DNA from: Chiloscyllium plagiosum
Taxonomy: Eukaryota
NCBI RefSeq assembly: GCF_004010195.1
Contig: NC_057740.1
Coordinates: forward strand, 10,341,709 to 10,402,293
Direction: 5' to 3'
Length of the DNA: 60,585 bases
Numbering within the stretch: position 1 is the first letter of the stretch; each line of letters begins with the position of its first letter. The position numbers and the translations under genes were made by a program. Positions 46,155 to 58,823 of this stretch are shown here, piece by piece. The notes under the pieces were generated by a model that had not been told where the DNA came from, did not search any database, and worked only from the letters and a program-made list of their open reading frames with translations.

Positions 46155-48757
46155 AGACCACCTGGTAGCAGCTCAGGAGAACTAGCTTGTATAAATGCTG
46201 AAACTGGGCAACCAAGTAACAAAGACAGAGTAATGCTAATGTGGGATTTTAATCTTAATATAGACAGGAGGAGACAAAAAACACTTGCCAGAAAGATTGC
46301 AAATTTCTAGAGTGTGTCCAGGATAGTTTCCTATATCAATATGTCTTGGATGATACAAGAGGACAAGCAATATTGGAGCTAGTAATGAATCTTAGAGAAT
46401 TCAACACTTACAATCCTTACAGTGTAGAAACAGGCCATTCAGCCCAAGAAGTCTACACTAACCCTCTGAACATCATCTCACCCACACTCAACCCTCCCAC
46501 GTTCCCTATCCATGTAACCCCATATTTCCCATGGCTAATGCACCTAACTACACATCCCTGAACACTATGGCTAAGTTAGTATGGCCAATCCAGATAACTT
46601 GCACATCTTTGGACTAATGAGCAATGACCCTGATTTAATTGGTGAACTAGTTGTTCATGAGAATTTATTAAATAGTGATCATAACATGATTGAGTTTCAT
46701 ATACTGCTTATAAAAGATAAACAACAATTAGATACCAGAATTTTGAATTTATATAAGCCAAAATTTAACAGGAGCTCTGTTAATGGATAAAACAAGCAAG
46801 AAACAATGGATGGTTTTGAATGAATGAAAAGCTCCACCTCACAAAAAAAAGGTCATGGGCATCTAAGGAGGTATGGGTCAGCATAAAGTTAAATGAAAGG
46901 GCTTATAAAAATGCAAAGAACCATACAGATCTCACAGAATGGGACAAATATAAAAAACAACAAAAGAACACAAAGCTGCTTATAGGAGCAGCGGATAAGG
47001 ATTATGAAAGGAAACTTGCAAAGGACAATTAGAAGAAACTCTACAGTTATATCAAGGAAAAACAGCTGGTTAAGAATACAATTAGCCCGCTGAACGCTGA
47101 GGGTGGAGATATTGTCAATGACCCATGCGGGAAATGGCAAACATGCTAAACAATTATTTTTCTTGAGTATTCACAGCAGAAAAGGAGGATAGCTTTGCCA
47201 AAAGTCCCAAAACAATTAACAGAGAATCATGGACAAGGACTAAATAAAATTAGCTAAAGTAAAACACCAATAATGGGGAAATTAATGGAACTAAAGAGTG
47301 ATAAATCCCCTGGACCTGATGGTTTCCATCTATGGGTATTAAAGGAGGTTGGAGAGCACATTGCTGATACCCTAGCCATAATCTTTCAAAGTTCCCTGGA
47401 TTCAGGAATTGCACCTCGGGATTAGAAATTGTCACACCACTTTTAAAGAAAGGTGATAGGAGAAACGCAGGGAATTCCAGACTAGTTAGCCTAACATCTG
47501 TGGTGGAGAAATTGTTGGAACTATAATTAGGGATAGAAAAACTGATCATCTCAAAGAATTTCAATTAATCAGGAAGACTGCAAATCCTGGAGATCAGAGT
47601 CGAAAAATGTGGTGCTGGCAAAGCACAACTGGTCAGGCAGCATCCGAGGAGCAGGAGAGTCAATGTTTCGAGCATAAGCTCTTCAACAGGAATGTTTTGT
47701 GGCCAGCTGTGCTTTGCCAGCGCCACATCCTTCAATAATGGGTAAGTACTCAAATGGGCAGGACGTAGCTAGTGGTGTCCCGCAGTGATCTGTGTTGAGA
47801 CCTCATGTACTCACAATACTCACAAACAACTTGGATTAACAAGTCCAATACCCAAATTACTCAAAATTGGAACCATTGTATATACTGTTGACGACAGTAT
47901 AAAATTGCAGCAGGATGTTAATAGGTTAGGTGAATGGGAAAAGCAGTAGCAGATGGATTTTAATATATGCCAGTGAGAGATGGTCCTTTTCATACTGGAA
48001 AAGCATAGATCAGGATATTTTTTTAAAACAATGTTAATTACAGTGAATGTCCAATGGGATTTGGGTGTTCAGGTGCATAGCTCTTTAACATGCCTTGAAC
48101 AGTTGCAGAAGATAGTCAAGGCAACTAATAAAATGCTGACTCTCATATCTAAAGGGCTGCAGTGTGAGGATGCAGACATTATGCTGCAGTTACACAAAAC
48201 CCTAGTTAGACCCCACTGGGAGTGCTGTGAGCAGATCTGGGCACCATATCTTAGGAAGGATGTTTTGACCCTGGAGGCAGTTCACCAAGATTTACAAAGA
48301 TGATACTTGCACTGCCGGGGTTAGGTTATTAGAGAGATTACAAGAATTTGGCCTTTATTCTCTAGAATTTGGAAAGTTAAGGGGTGATTTAATCAAGGTT
48401 TACAAGTTACTAGCAGGGAAAGACAGAATAGATTAAGCTAAACTTCACTGATTGAAATTTTCAGAAACTGGGGAAGAGTCTAAGAATTAAGGCCAGGCCA
48501 TTCAGGAGCGATGTTAGAAAGCATTTCTACACTGAAAGAACATTGGAGGTTTAAAACTCTCTTCCTCAAGCAGCAGGCAATGCTAATTCAATTGTAAAGC
48601 ATAAATCTAAGATAGACAAACTTTTATTAGACAATGGAATCAAGGGATATGGGCCCAAGGCAGGCATATGGAGGTGCCACAGGTCAGTCATGATCGTATC
48701 AAATGGCACAGCAGGTTCAAGGGGCTAAATGGCCTACTCATGTTCCTATATTCCTAA
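46155..48757 (+). mobile_element. Old CR1 LINE (endonuclease, linker and RT to 3' tail) with nested HE1 (~46400-46615) and Penelope-type (~47570-47730) insertions
   Basis: YRPP, DFN, NSDHNMIEF, KSPGPDG, LVRPHWECC; tail cctactcatgttcctatattccta. Confidence 0.8.
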
Positions 48758-48759
48758 GC

Positions 48760-49340
48760 TGGGTACAGTACTAACAGTTGCCAGGGTTAGGAAATCAGAT
48801 GGATAGGGGATAGAGTGCCATTTAAGTATGGTGACTGTTGGATAGGGTGCCAGGTGGTAGAATACCAGGTGAGTACTGTTTAGGATGCCAGATATATGGG
48901 GTACCAGATGGCTAGTCTGTCAGGGCATCTGGTAAGTGGGATGCCACCTGGATAAGCAATGAGTGTCAACGGTAGGATGGCTAGGTATCAGGGTATCAGG
49001 TCAGTAGAGTGCTGAGTAGGAAGGCGCCAATGTGCCAAGTAAGTATGGTGTCATCTGGCTAGGATGCTAGGGGCTAGGATGTGAAATAGGTAGGGGTGGG
49101 GGACCAGGTAAGTAGGGTACCATGTGGGTAGAGCAGCAGAAAGCTGAGTAAGTTGGGTGCCAGTTAAACAAGATGCCATTTGGGGAAGTTGCCAGTTAAT
49201 TAGGCAGCCACTTGGGGAAGTTGCCATGTAAGGAAGGTGTCACATGGGTAGGGTGTCAGTTGAGTAGGGTGCCATCCGGTAAGAGTGCCAAGCAGGAAGG
49301 GAGTAGGGAGCCAGGGTGCGTGGTGGCAAGACAGCAAAAT
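48760..49340. repeat. Degenerate ~20-bp G-rich minisatellite (agggtgcca.gt.(a/g)gt unit)
   Basis: gggtgcca/ggatgcca/gggtacca recur at about 20-nt spacing. Confidence 0.65.
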
Positions 49341-49869
49341 AAGTGATGCAGTGCTTAGGTTAGAGAGAGGGAATAGGGAGAGAAATGGGGTTCCACAAGG
49401 AGTGAAGCCGGATGTCAGGTGAAGGGGTGGAGGAGGTGGCCATGGTAAGTGGAGTTAGGTGCAGAAGGGAGGACTGTGTCCAGTTGTGGACAAAAGGGTG
49501 GGTTGAGCGTGGAGCAAAGAAGGCAGAACAGGTACAGAGAGGAGGAAGGGGGCACTGAGTGCATCGTGGGATAGGAGGTGTCGGGTCTCTGGGGTAAAAT
49601 TGGAATCTTCTATATGTTATTAGCCTGGCAAAGGTACAGGTGGGTGGGTGCGTGTGAGCTATGTGTTGGATCAATCAAGCTCTTGATCTTAAACAGAATT
49701 AGATTCATCGTGTGAGAGAGAGAAAGAGACAAGCTTCACATTAGATGTCCACACAATTTAGAAAAAAATGTGAAAAGTATTAATTTCCTGCCATATTCAT
49801 GGATTCATCAGCAGTGACACCAAAATGGAGGATAGAATGGCAGCACTTTTCCATTGTTCAATTATTGGA

Positions 49870-51900
49870 CCCAAATTTACAAACTAAACAAAATCCACAA
49901 ATAAGAGGACTGAGAATAGGAACCCTTTTGGCAGCTTTGTGAGGTGTCAGAATTTGAGCAATTATTGAAGAAAGATGTATTCCAGTAGTGACCAAGAGCC
50001 AGTTAATAGATGCTTTAGATGTGATTCAAACGTTTTAATTTGTTAAATTGCCCAAAAAGAAATAACAGGATTTCTAAAGGAAGGAGAGGAAGGATGATAC
50101 TGACTTACCAGAAAGAATCATATAGCTCACCAGAAGCTTCAGTCTAGTAATAAACATCATTGTCATGGATTTACTTAATTGCACAGTCCAAGATAGTAAA
50201 TTTCTGTCCACAATACATTCAGTAGGCAGGTTAAAACATTAAATGGATTTCTTAAGGAAGAAAGACCTATCCAACACCAAAGAGTATGACAATTCTACTT
50301 TGAATTTGCTGACGATAATGTCTTGAAATCACTAATTCCATGTAAAATAGCAGGAATAAATTGCTTTATAAATACTGATAGACAATTCAGTGAAATACTT
50401 TCACTGTTAGCTAAGCCTTTATTATGATAGTTTTGAAGCATGATAAAGCAATTGTCTTTATGAGATCTGTTGCTTTGCAACTTACACAGTCAGGACATCA
50501 TTCTGCTCCCTGAACAAGACCGATCATCCCAAAGCAGAATGTTTAAGAGGTGTTACTGGCGCCTGGGGACTGCGATTTTTAAAAAGAATAAAACAGGTTA
50601 TTTCAAAACTACGTTACTGCTTGCACATTCATCTTGTCATGATTCGTATGTGGAATGAACTGGGAGAGTAAGTGGCAGATGCAGGTACAACTACAACATA
50701 TAAAAGATATTTGGATAGGTACAAGAATAGGAAAGGTTTAGAAGGATATGGGCCAAACACAGGCAAGTAGGACTAGTCTAGTTTGGCATGGACAAGTTGG
50801 ACCAAAGGGTCTGTATGACTCTATAAATTGAAGATTCTGCTCCAGAATGCTAGAGTACGTAATGAGGAATACACTAAACTTAGAGGATGTGAATGAAAAA
50901 TGTAATATTTGTGAAAGAAAGCTATCATGACCCATAGCAAGTCTGTTATTGGCAAGAATCTTCAATGCATTCATTATGATTTTGGCAAAGTACGAAAATA
51001 ATTTTACAAACATAGCGATTACATTTAGTCTGTCTCATAATTTTTAGTAAAGAAAATAAAGTCCTTATTAAGATCATGGCAAGATCGAAAGGAAAATGGG
51101 GTTAGGAGCATCAGCTAAATTCCTAACAGAAATGGATGAAAATGTGCCAGTGAGGTTTTCAGGAATTTACATGAGGATCTGCATGTCACAGCAATGTTCT
51201 CAGTAGCAGTAAAATCCTGTCAACAAAGGAATTTTTGAGAGAAATTATGTCATGACTGATTAAATGCTTTGAAAGTTTTTAGCCAACCAGCCAAACTGTA
51301 AATTGACAACTGCTTTCGCTTGAGCAGTGAATGCTAAAAACACACTTGGAATGGTTGGAGGCTATAGACCATATCAATTAGTTTATAGTAGAAATCCAAA
51401 ATCCCTTCAATAATATCAGATTATCCCCTCACTCCAAATAGTTCAGGCAGGGCCTACAATTAGTTTAATTTTCACAGCCCATTTGAATGCCTTACATATA
51501 GGTAGAAAAGCAATAATTAAGATGTACATTACGGAAAATATCAAGAGAGCTTGGAGGGATCATACCAGGTCGTCAGAATTTTTTTTTAATCGTGGTGACA
51601 TGATGTTTTTTTAAGGGGGAAGAGTAAAAGAAATGGAGAGGCCCAGGAAAACTCATAAACACTGACAGCAAAATGATAAATTTACAATATGCACACAGTT
51701 TCCTGGCACTGATCACACAATACTTGAACCTGATTTTGGAAATGGAAGCAACACCATAACTGGATAAGCACTTAATCATAAAGACCCACTTTCCAAATTC
51801 AGCATTTATTCCAGAAAGAGGCAACTGAGTGGAGGGAAGCCACAATTGTAGAAAAGGCCGCATAGTAATACAAAACTGGCTAAATGTGTAGTTGACTAAG
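49870..51900 (+). mobile_element. Very old LINE relic (possibly RTE-like), interrupted by a HER1 tail at 50645-50825
   Basis: Faint RT-like remnants (KKD.S..Y..I, F..G....IF); highly degenerate. Confidence 0.3.
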
Positions 51901-52784
51901 GGCAGAATATCAGGTCAACAGATTGGAATAAGGAAGAAAATATAGTGTAAGCTGAGAGTATTGCTGAAGCAGTGGACCTCATGCTGATCTTGGTGCAGGA
52001 ACAGATTGAAAACTTGTGAAAGGAAACCCAGTCACAGAAGGGACAGGTTGAGTACTATGGACAGTCATGATTTGGAGGTGCTGGGGTTGGACTGGGGTGT
52101 ACAAAGTTAAAAATGACACAACACCAGGTTATCGTCTAACAGGTGTATTTGGAAACCTAGAAGGCAACATTAAGGGCCAAAGAACAGGTAAGGCCCATCA
52201 CAAGAAATAGGAGCCCTTATGATAGTGAAGCTTCAGTTGCAACCAGCAAGTTAGATGTTAAATTGGTAAAAAAAACACATTTTTATAAAAATATAAAATA
52301 AAGCCAGTATAAGAAGGATGAGGTCCTTTCCAAATGTATGTAAAAAGGTAAGGCCAGACCGGTATCTCAGGGCTTAAGGAAAAACTGGGTGATCAGGAAT
52401 TGATGGGCAAAGATGTCCATGAAAAGATCAGCCATGATCTTATTGAATGGCGGAGCAGGCTCGAAGGGCCAGATGGCTCACTCCTGCTCCTAGTTCTTAT
52501 GTTCTTATGAGAGTTGACTCCCCAACAGTGGAAAACATAAGCTTGAGAATTTTCCCAAGACTTTCATAACATACACATGGGAAGCAGCAGGGAACAATTT
52601 CAAAGAGAAATATTTGCGAAGCCTCCAAACGAAGCTAAAGATACGCAAGGGAAATTATGAGGTTAAATAAGAGTGTATACAAGCTAAACAATGCAGCAGG
52701 TTGTGGTATTGTTCAGCTACATATATCCTGCTAAAAGCCGGTTGGCATTTAGCTAAAAGCAGCTCCACCAATGCTTAATTGAAA

Positions 52785-53090
52785 TCATTGAATTCTTAAA
52801 GTGTGGAAGGAGGACATTTGGCCCATTAAGTCCACTCCAGCCCTCTAAACAGCCTCCCCTACACTATCCCTGCAAACCTGCATTTCCTATAGCTAACCCC
52901 CATCGAGCCTGCACAACTTAACATGGCCAAACCACCTAACCTGCAAATCGCTGAACTGTGGGAGGAAACCCACTCAGGCACAGGGAGAACATGCAAACTC
53001 CACACAGGCAGTCACCTAAGACTGGAATTGACGCCAGGCCCCTGGTGCTGTAAGGCAGCAGTACTAACCACTGAGCCGCCATGCTGCCCC
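52785..53090 (-). mobile_element. HE1-type SINE
   Basis: Reverse head ctaaccactgagccgccatgctgcccc. Confidence 0.85.
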
Positions 53091-53591
53091 TGCCTGGTTG
53101 GTCAAGGTACAATTCAATGTGAAGTGTGAAGAAAAGCTAGAATACATTTCTTAATGCATGGAATCTATTTCCAGCGTAGAGGACCTGAGGAATTTTAAAA
53201 AAAGGATAATACATAAATTGCAAAGGAATTCAAATTTGGAAGTTGGATGTCAGCAGCTTTGAAATATATGAAGGGTTGTTCATGAGACTGACTAAGTGGG
53301 AATAACGCTGAATCAACAGAATGTTAATAGGACCCCAATAAATCAAGCTAGATCCTCACAAAATGAAGATTGTATAGGATAATGCAGACCAGTCGAAAAA
53401 ATGAATTGGGGAATTAAATTAGTTATATACACAACTGAGACCGCTTTAGCCCTGGTGCCAACCTCTGGCAAGGTCTGATATCATTGCCTACACTGCTGAA
53501 CCCTGGGGGAAAGAGGAATTCATGCATGTGCTCCACCCAGTCTACTAGGACCTCCAGGACACTGTCCATAAAGCAAGGTACCAACTTCAAG

Positions 53592-55195
53592 GGCCCTTGA
53601 AGACAGAATCAGGGGAATATATTATGGGGAACAAAGAAATGGCAGAAGAATTGAATTGGTACTTCAGATCTGTGTTCACTGGGGAAGACACAAGCAATCT
53701 CCCAGAGGTAACAGTGGCTGAAGGACCTGAACTTAAGGGAATTTATATTTGTCAGGAATTGGTGTTGGAGAGACTGTTAGATCTGAAGGTTGATAAGTCC
53801 CCGGGGCCTGATGGGTCTACATCCCAGGGTACTGAAGGAGGTGGCGCGAGAAATCGTGGATGCATTGGTGATTATTTTCCAGAGTTCGATAGATCCAGGA
53901 TCAGTTCCTGCGGATTGGAGGGTGGCTAATGTTATACCACTTTTTAAGAAANNNNNNNNNNNNNNNNNNNNNNNNNNNNNNNNNNNNNNNNNNNNNNNNN
54001 NNNNNNNNNNNNNNNNNNNNNNNNNNNNNNNNNNNNNNNNNNNNNNNNNNNNNNNNNNNNNNNNNNNNNNNNNNNNNNNNNNNNNNNNNNNNNNNNNNNN
54101 NNNNNNNNNNNNNNNNNNNNNNNNNNNNNNNNNNNNNNNNNNNNNNNNNNNNNNNNNNNNNNNNNNNNNNNNNNNNNNNNNNNNNNNNNNNNNNNNNNNN
54201 NNNNNNNNNNNNNNNNNNNNNNNNNNNNNNNNNNNNNNNNNNNNNNNNNNNNNNNNNNNNNNNNNNNNNNNNNNNNNNNNNNNNNNNNNNNNNNNNNNNN
54301 NNNNNNNNNNNNNNNNNNNNNNNNNNNNNNNNNNNNNNNNNNNNNNNNNNNNNNNNNNNNNNNNNNNNNNNNNNNNNNNNNNNNNNNNNNNNNNNNNNNN
54401 NNNNNNNNNNNNNNNNNNNNNNNNNNNNNNNNNNNNNNNNNNNNNNNNNNNNNNNNNNNNNNNNNNNNNNNNNNNNNNNNNNNNNNNNNNNNNNNNNNNN
54501 NNNNNNNNNNNNNNNNNNNNNNNNNNNNNNNNNNNNNNNNNNNNNNNNNNNNNNNNNNNNNNNNNNNNNNNNNNNNNNNNNNNNNNNNNNNNNNNNNNNN
54601 NNNNNNNNNNNNNNNNNNNNNNNNNNNNNNNNNNNNNNNNNNNNNNNNNNNNNNNNNNNNNNNNNNNNNNNNNNNNNNNNNNNNNNNNNNNNNNNNNNNN
54701 NNNNNNNNNNNNNNNNNNNNNNNNNNNNNNNNNNNNNNNNNNNNNNNNNNNNNNNNNNNNNNNNNNNNNNNNNNNNNNNNNNNNNNNNNNNNNNNNNNNN
54801 NNNNNNNNNNNNNNNNNNNNNNNNNNNNNNNNNNNNNNNNNNNNGGATTGGACATTCTGGAGGCAGGAAACATGTTTCCGCTGATGGGTGAGTACCGAAC
54901 CTGAGGACACAGCTTAAAAATACGGGGTAGATCATTTAGGACAGAGATGAGGAGAAACTTGTTCACCCAGAGAGTGGTGGCTGTGTGGAATGCTCTGCCC
55001 CAGAGGGCAGTGGAGGCCCAGTCTCTGGATTCATTTAAGATAGAGTTGGATAGAGCTCTCAAGGATAGTGGAATCAAGGGTTATGGAGATAAGGCAGGAA
55101 CAAGATACTGATTAAGGATAATCAGCCATGATCATATTGAATGGTGGTGCAGGCTCGAAGGGCAGAATGGCCTACTCCTGCACCTATTGTCTATT
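53592..55195 (+). mobile_element. Relatively young CR1 LINE spanning the assembly gap
   Basis: MAEELNWYF..KSPGPDG..HPRVLKEVA..WRVANVIPLFKK before the gap; RT C-terminus and tail cctattgtctatt after it. Confidence 0.85.
53952..54844. other. Assembly gap (893 N)
   Basis: Run of n; ORFs crossing it are artefacts. Confidence 0.99.
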
Positions 55196-56086
55196 CCCTG
55201 CTTACCATGTCCAAAGCATAGAACATGGAACAGAAGAGCACAGTACAGACCCATCGGCCCTCAATGTTGTGCCAACCTTTTATCCTACTTTAAGATCAAA
55301 AGAACTTAAATACCCCTCATTTTACTATCATCTATGTGTCTATCCAAGAGTCGCTAAAATGTCCCGAAAGTCACTTAAAAGCAAACGACAGCTAACCTTG
55401 CAGCAGGCATGAAAGATGCCATGGCAGCAGGATAAGTCATTCATCAGGGAGAAAGTGAGGACTGCAGATGCTGGGGATCAGAGCTTAAAAATATTTTGCT
55501 GGAAAAGCGCAGCAGGTCAGGCAGCATCAAAGGAGAAGGAGAATCGACATTTCAGGCATAAGCCCAGGTTTGATAGGATACAGCATGAAAACCTGAAAGT
55601 TAACAGATTTGGGCACCATCCACAAAAAGCTGACACAACTCATACTTAAGCGAAAAAGATAAGATTCAGCCCTAGGACTCTATTTAATATTTGAATCAAG
55701 CCTCAGGACAGAAGCAGCAGAGTAGGGAAGCTGGCCAGTGAAGACCAATTGGGATTTGTGAAGGTAGAGGACTGAGACTGGAGTAGACAAAGGAACCCAT
55801 CGTGGCTGAAGGGGGTTAAGAGAAAAGAGAAATGGAAGAAAAGGAAGAAAAAAAGATGTAATGGGCTCAGGTTCAGAGCAACAGCTAAAACACACATAAA
55901 TTGATTGACACTGCAGACTCAGTCACATAGACAGCAATGGTATATGCCAGAACAAGATGGCTGTGCTACATGATTGAGTAGAGACGTGGGAGAAACAGAG
56001 TTCCAGATAGGAAAGCTGGGTTTTTCTTTTCTATTCTTCCACTTGTTGGGATGTAAGTGTCACTGGCAAGAGTGACATGTGTTGCT

Positions 56087-56654
56087 TGTGAGAGGTAATT
56101 TCGGTTTAAACTTTAAGATGTGCCTGGACCACAGACTGATCTATAATAAAAGACAAAACTTTTGTTTCTTTTCTAACAACCATTTTATATACTCAAAAGT
56201 AGAGTAGTTTAAATTGTGCAGAATGCTGACAATTTGTGAGCGATAGTAAAAACAAGCAGGCTCTTGATTAATGAAGCCATTCACACAGCAGGGAAGGATG
56301 AGTCCTTGACTGATAAGACTCCAGGATGGGGGAACGACTTGAGACATCTGTTTCAGATTAAAGCCTTTGACTGATAAGACTACAGGGTGAGAAAAACAAC
56401 AAACTTTGGAGACTCTGGAGCCTTTTGTTGCAGACTTTGTGATAAAAATAATGATGTTTTTAAGAATGTGAACCTTATGGCTTGTTGGAGCCAAGGAGAG
56501 GAGGGACTTGTGCTATATATAATGGAGACTTCGTAAGCCTCAGCGCGCCTTTTCTTTAAGGGTGCCCGACTCTGCAGACTTGACTTGTTAATAAAACTTT
56601 GTTTTCCTGAATTTGTCTAGAGCGATTATTGAGAAGCGATTTTCGTTTCTAACA
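56087..56654 (+). mobile_element. Solo LTR (568 bp) with perfect 5-bp TSD
   Basis: TG..CA termini, TSD ttgct at 56082-56086 and 56655-56659, TATA tatatataa at ~56514, AATAAA at 56590; inserted in a SINE. Confidence 0.85.
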
Positions 56655-57894
56655 TTGCTCATCTTGCTTGGCTGACTAGGCCATTTCAGAGGGGAGTTAA
56701 GAGTCAACCACATTGATGTCAATCCGGAGTCACATTTAGGCCAGACCAGGTAAGAATGGCAGATTCTTTCCGTTCATTTTTATTTGCAAAAATATACTTG
56801 ATTCATTAAAAAAAAAACTTTATGTACATACGCAAGACACTAAAGTATTTCTGTACAGGTCTGAGTAGGATGCTTTTTGGAGGGTTGGTGTGAACTCGAA
56901 AGACCAAGTGGCCTGCTTCCATACTTCAGGGAATCTATGATTCTACTACTGGTCAGTTTCTCCATGAGAAATGTTAATTTAGTTTTAGAACTGATTAAAA
57001 TTGAGTTAATATACTTTTCCCTCATGGTCCCTCATGCTTTAGTTCACAGTTTTCTTGCCACTTCGGTGAGATCAGGCCATTAACAGCTCATTCAGAGTTT
57101 TTTTTTCAAAACTTATTTTATTCATAAAATTTGCAAAAGTACAGTACAAAACATTTCCACTGAAAATTACAGAAAGAGCAATAAAATTCAACTTGTCTCC
57201 ACAGAACAGGTTTCACAACTGTAATATTCTTAATATGTGCAATAAACATTCCACATCTGACATTAAGCCTGAGAGGGAAACATGGATGAAAATGCAATAA
57301 CAAAAACTTTTCTCCATTTGTCATGTTCCAGTCTTAGTTATCCCAATACAGTTTCATTATTCTTGATGTTCACAATGGACATTCCTTGTCAGGCACACAA
57401 CCTAATGTTTTCTACAGCCTCCAGATTCTCAGTGTACTCTAGCTCAAGGTGTTAAACAGTGACTTTTCTGCATTTCACCTCTGCAGTGGCTGTCTGAAGC
57501 TTTAGCACATCCCCCAGCCTGTAATCCTGGACTTTGGAATGTGAAAGTCTGTAACGCCCAATCAAGGACAACTCTTTGCACTGGAAGACCAATAAAGTAC
57601 AAAATGGCCAAATTATCGCCTTCTGCACCATGAGATTTCTGTGATTCCATGATTTGGGCAAGTCTATCAGTCACAGTTATTGAGGGCAAACTAGCAAAAA
57701 ATATAGAAACTGATAATAACATCTTGTTTAAATAGATAAAAAAAGAAGAGAATGGTCAAAGTGAACATAGGTCCATTATAAAATACATCTAGGGGTACAG
57801 TTATGGGGAACAAGGAAATGGCAGAAGAGTTAATCAAATATTTAGCATCAGTCTTTACAGTGGAACATCCCATTAATGCAGGAATATAGGGAGA

Positions 57895-58823
57895 ACTCCT
57901 CTACTTTTTGTCATTTACATAAATGATTTGGATGCGAGCATAAGAGGTACATTTAGTAAGTTTGCAGATGACACCAAAATTGGAGGTGTAGTGGACAGCG
58001 AAGTGGGTTACCTCAGATTACAACAGGATCTTGACCAGATGGGCCAATGGGCTGAGCAGGACTTAGCAGGACTTATACACTCAATAGTAAGGTCCTAGAG
58101 AGTGTTGCTGAACAAAGAGACCTTGGAGTGCAGGTTCATAGCTCCTTGAAAGTGGAGTCGCAGGTAGATAGGTTAGTGAAGAACGCATTTGGTATGCTTC
58201 CCTTTATTGGTCAAAGTACTGAGTACAGGAGTTGGGAGGTCATGTTGCGGCTGTAAAGGACATCATTTAGGCCACTGTTGGAATATTGCATGCAATTCTG
58301 ATCTCCTCCCTATTGGAAAAAATGTTGTGAAACTTGAAAGGGTTCAGAAAAGATTTACAAGGATGTTGACAGGGTTGGAGGATTTGAGCTATGGGGAGAA
58401 GCTGAACAGGCTGGGGCTGTTTTCCCTGGAGCATCGGAGGCTGAGGGATGACCTTATAGAGGTTTTCAAAATTATGAGGGGCATGGATAGGATAAATAGA
58501 CAAAGTCTTTTCCTTGGGGTCGGGGAGTCCAGAACTAGAGGGCATAGGTTTAGGGTGAGAGGGGAAAGATATAAAAGAGACCTAAGGGGCAACGTTTTCA
58601 CACAGAGGGTGGTACATGTATGGAATGAGCTGCCAGAGGAAGTGGTGGAGGCTGGTACAATTGCAACATTTAAGAAGCATTTGGAAGGTTATATGAATAG
58701 GAAGGGTTTGGAGGGATATGGGCCAGGTGCTGGCAGGTGGAACTAAATTGGGTTGGGATATCTGGTCAGCATGGATGGGTTGGACCAAAGGGTCTGTTTC
58801 CATGCTGTACATCTCTATGACTC
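57895..58823 (+). mobile_element. HER1/CR1 LINE 3' fragment nested in an older CR1 (~57740-59360)
   Basis: FADDTKIGG, LERVQKRFTRML, TRGHRFRV; tail ctctatgactcta; flanks show MAEELIKYF and QHGFMRGK. Confidence 0.9.

Noticed and set aside
53777-55077. Long 320-377 aa ORFs in the ORF track
   Set aside because: They are runs of X across the N gap; the flanks are CR1 sequence.
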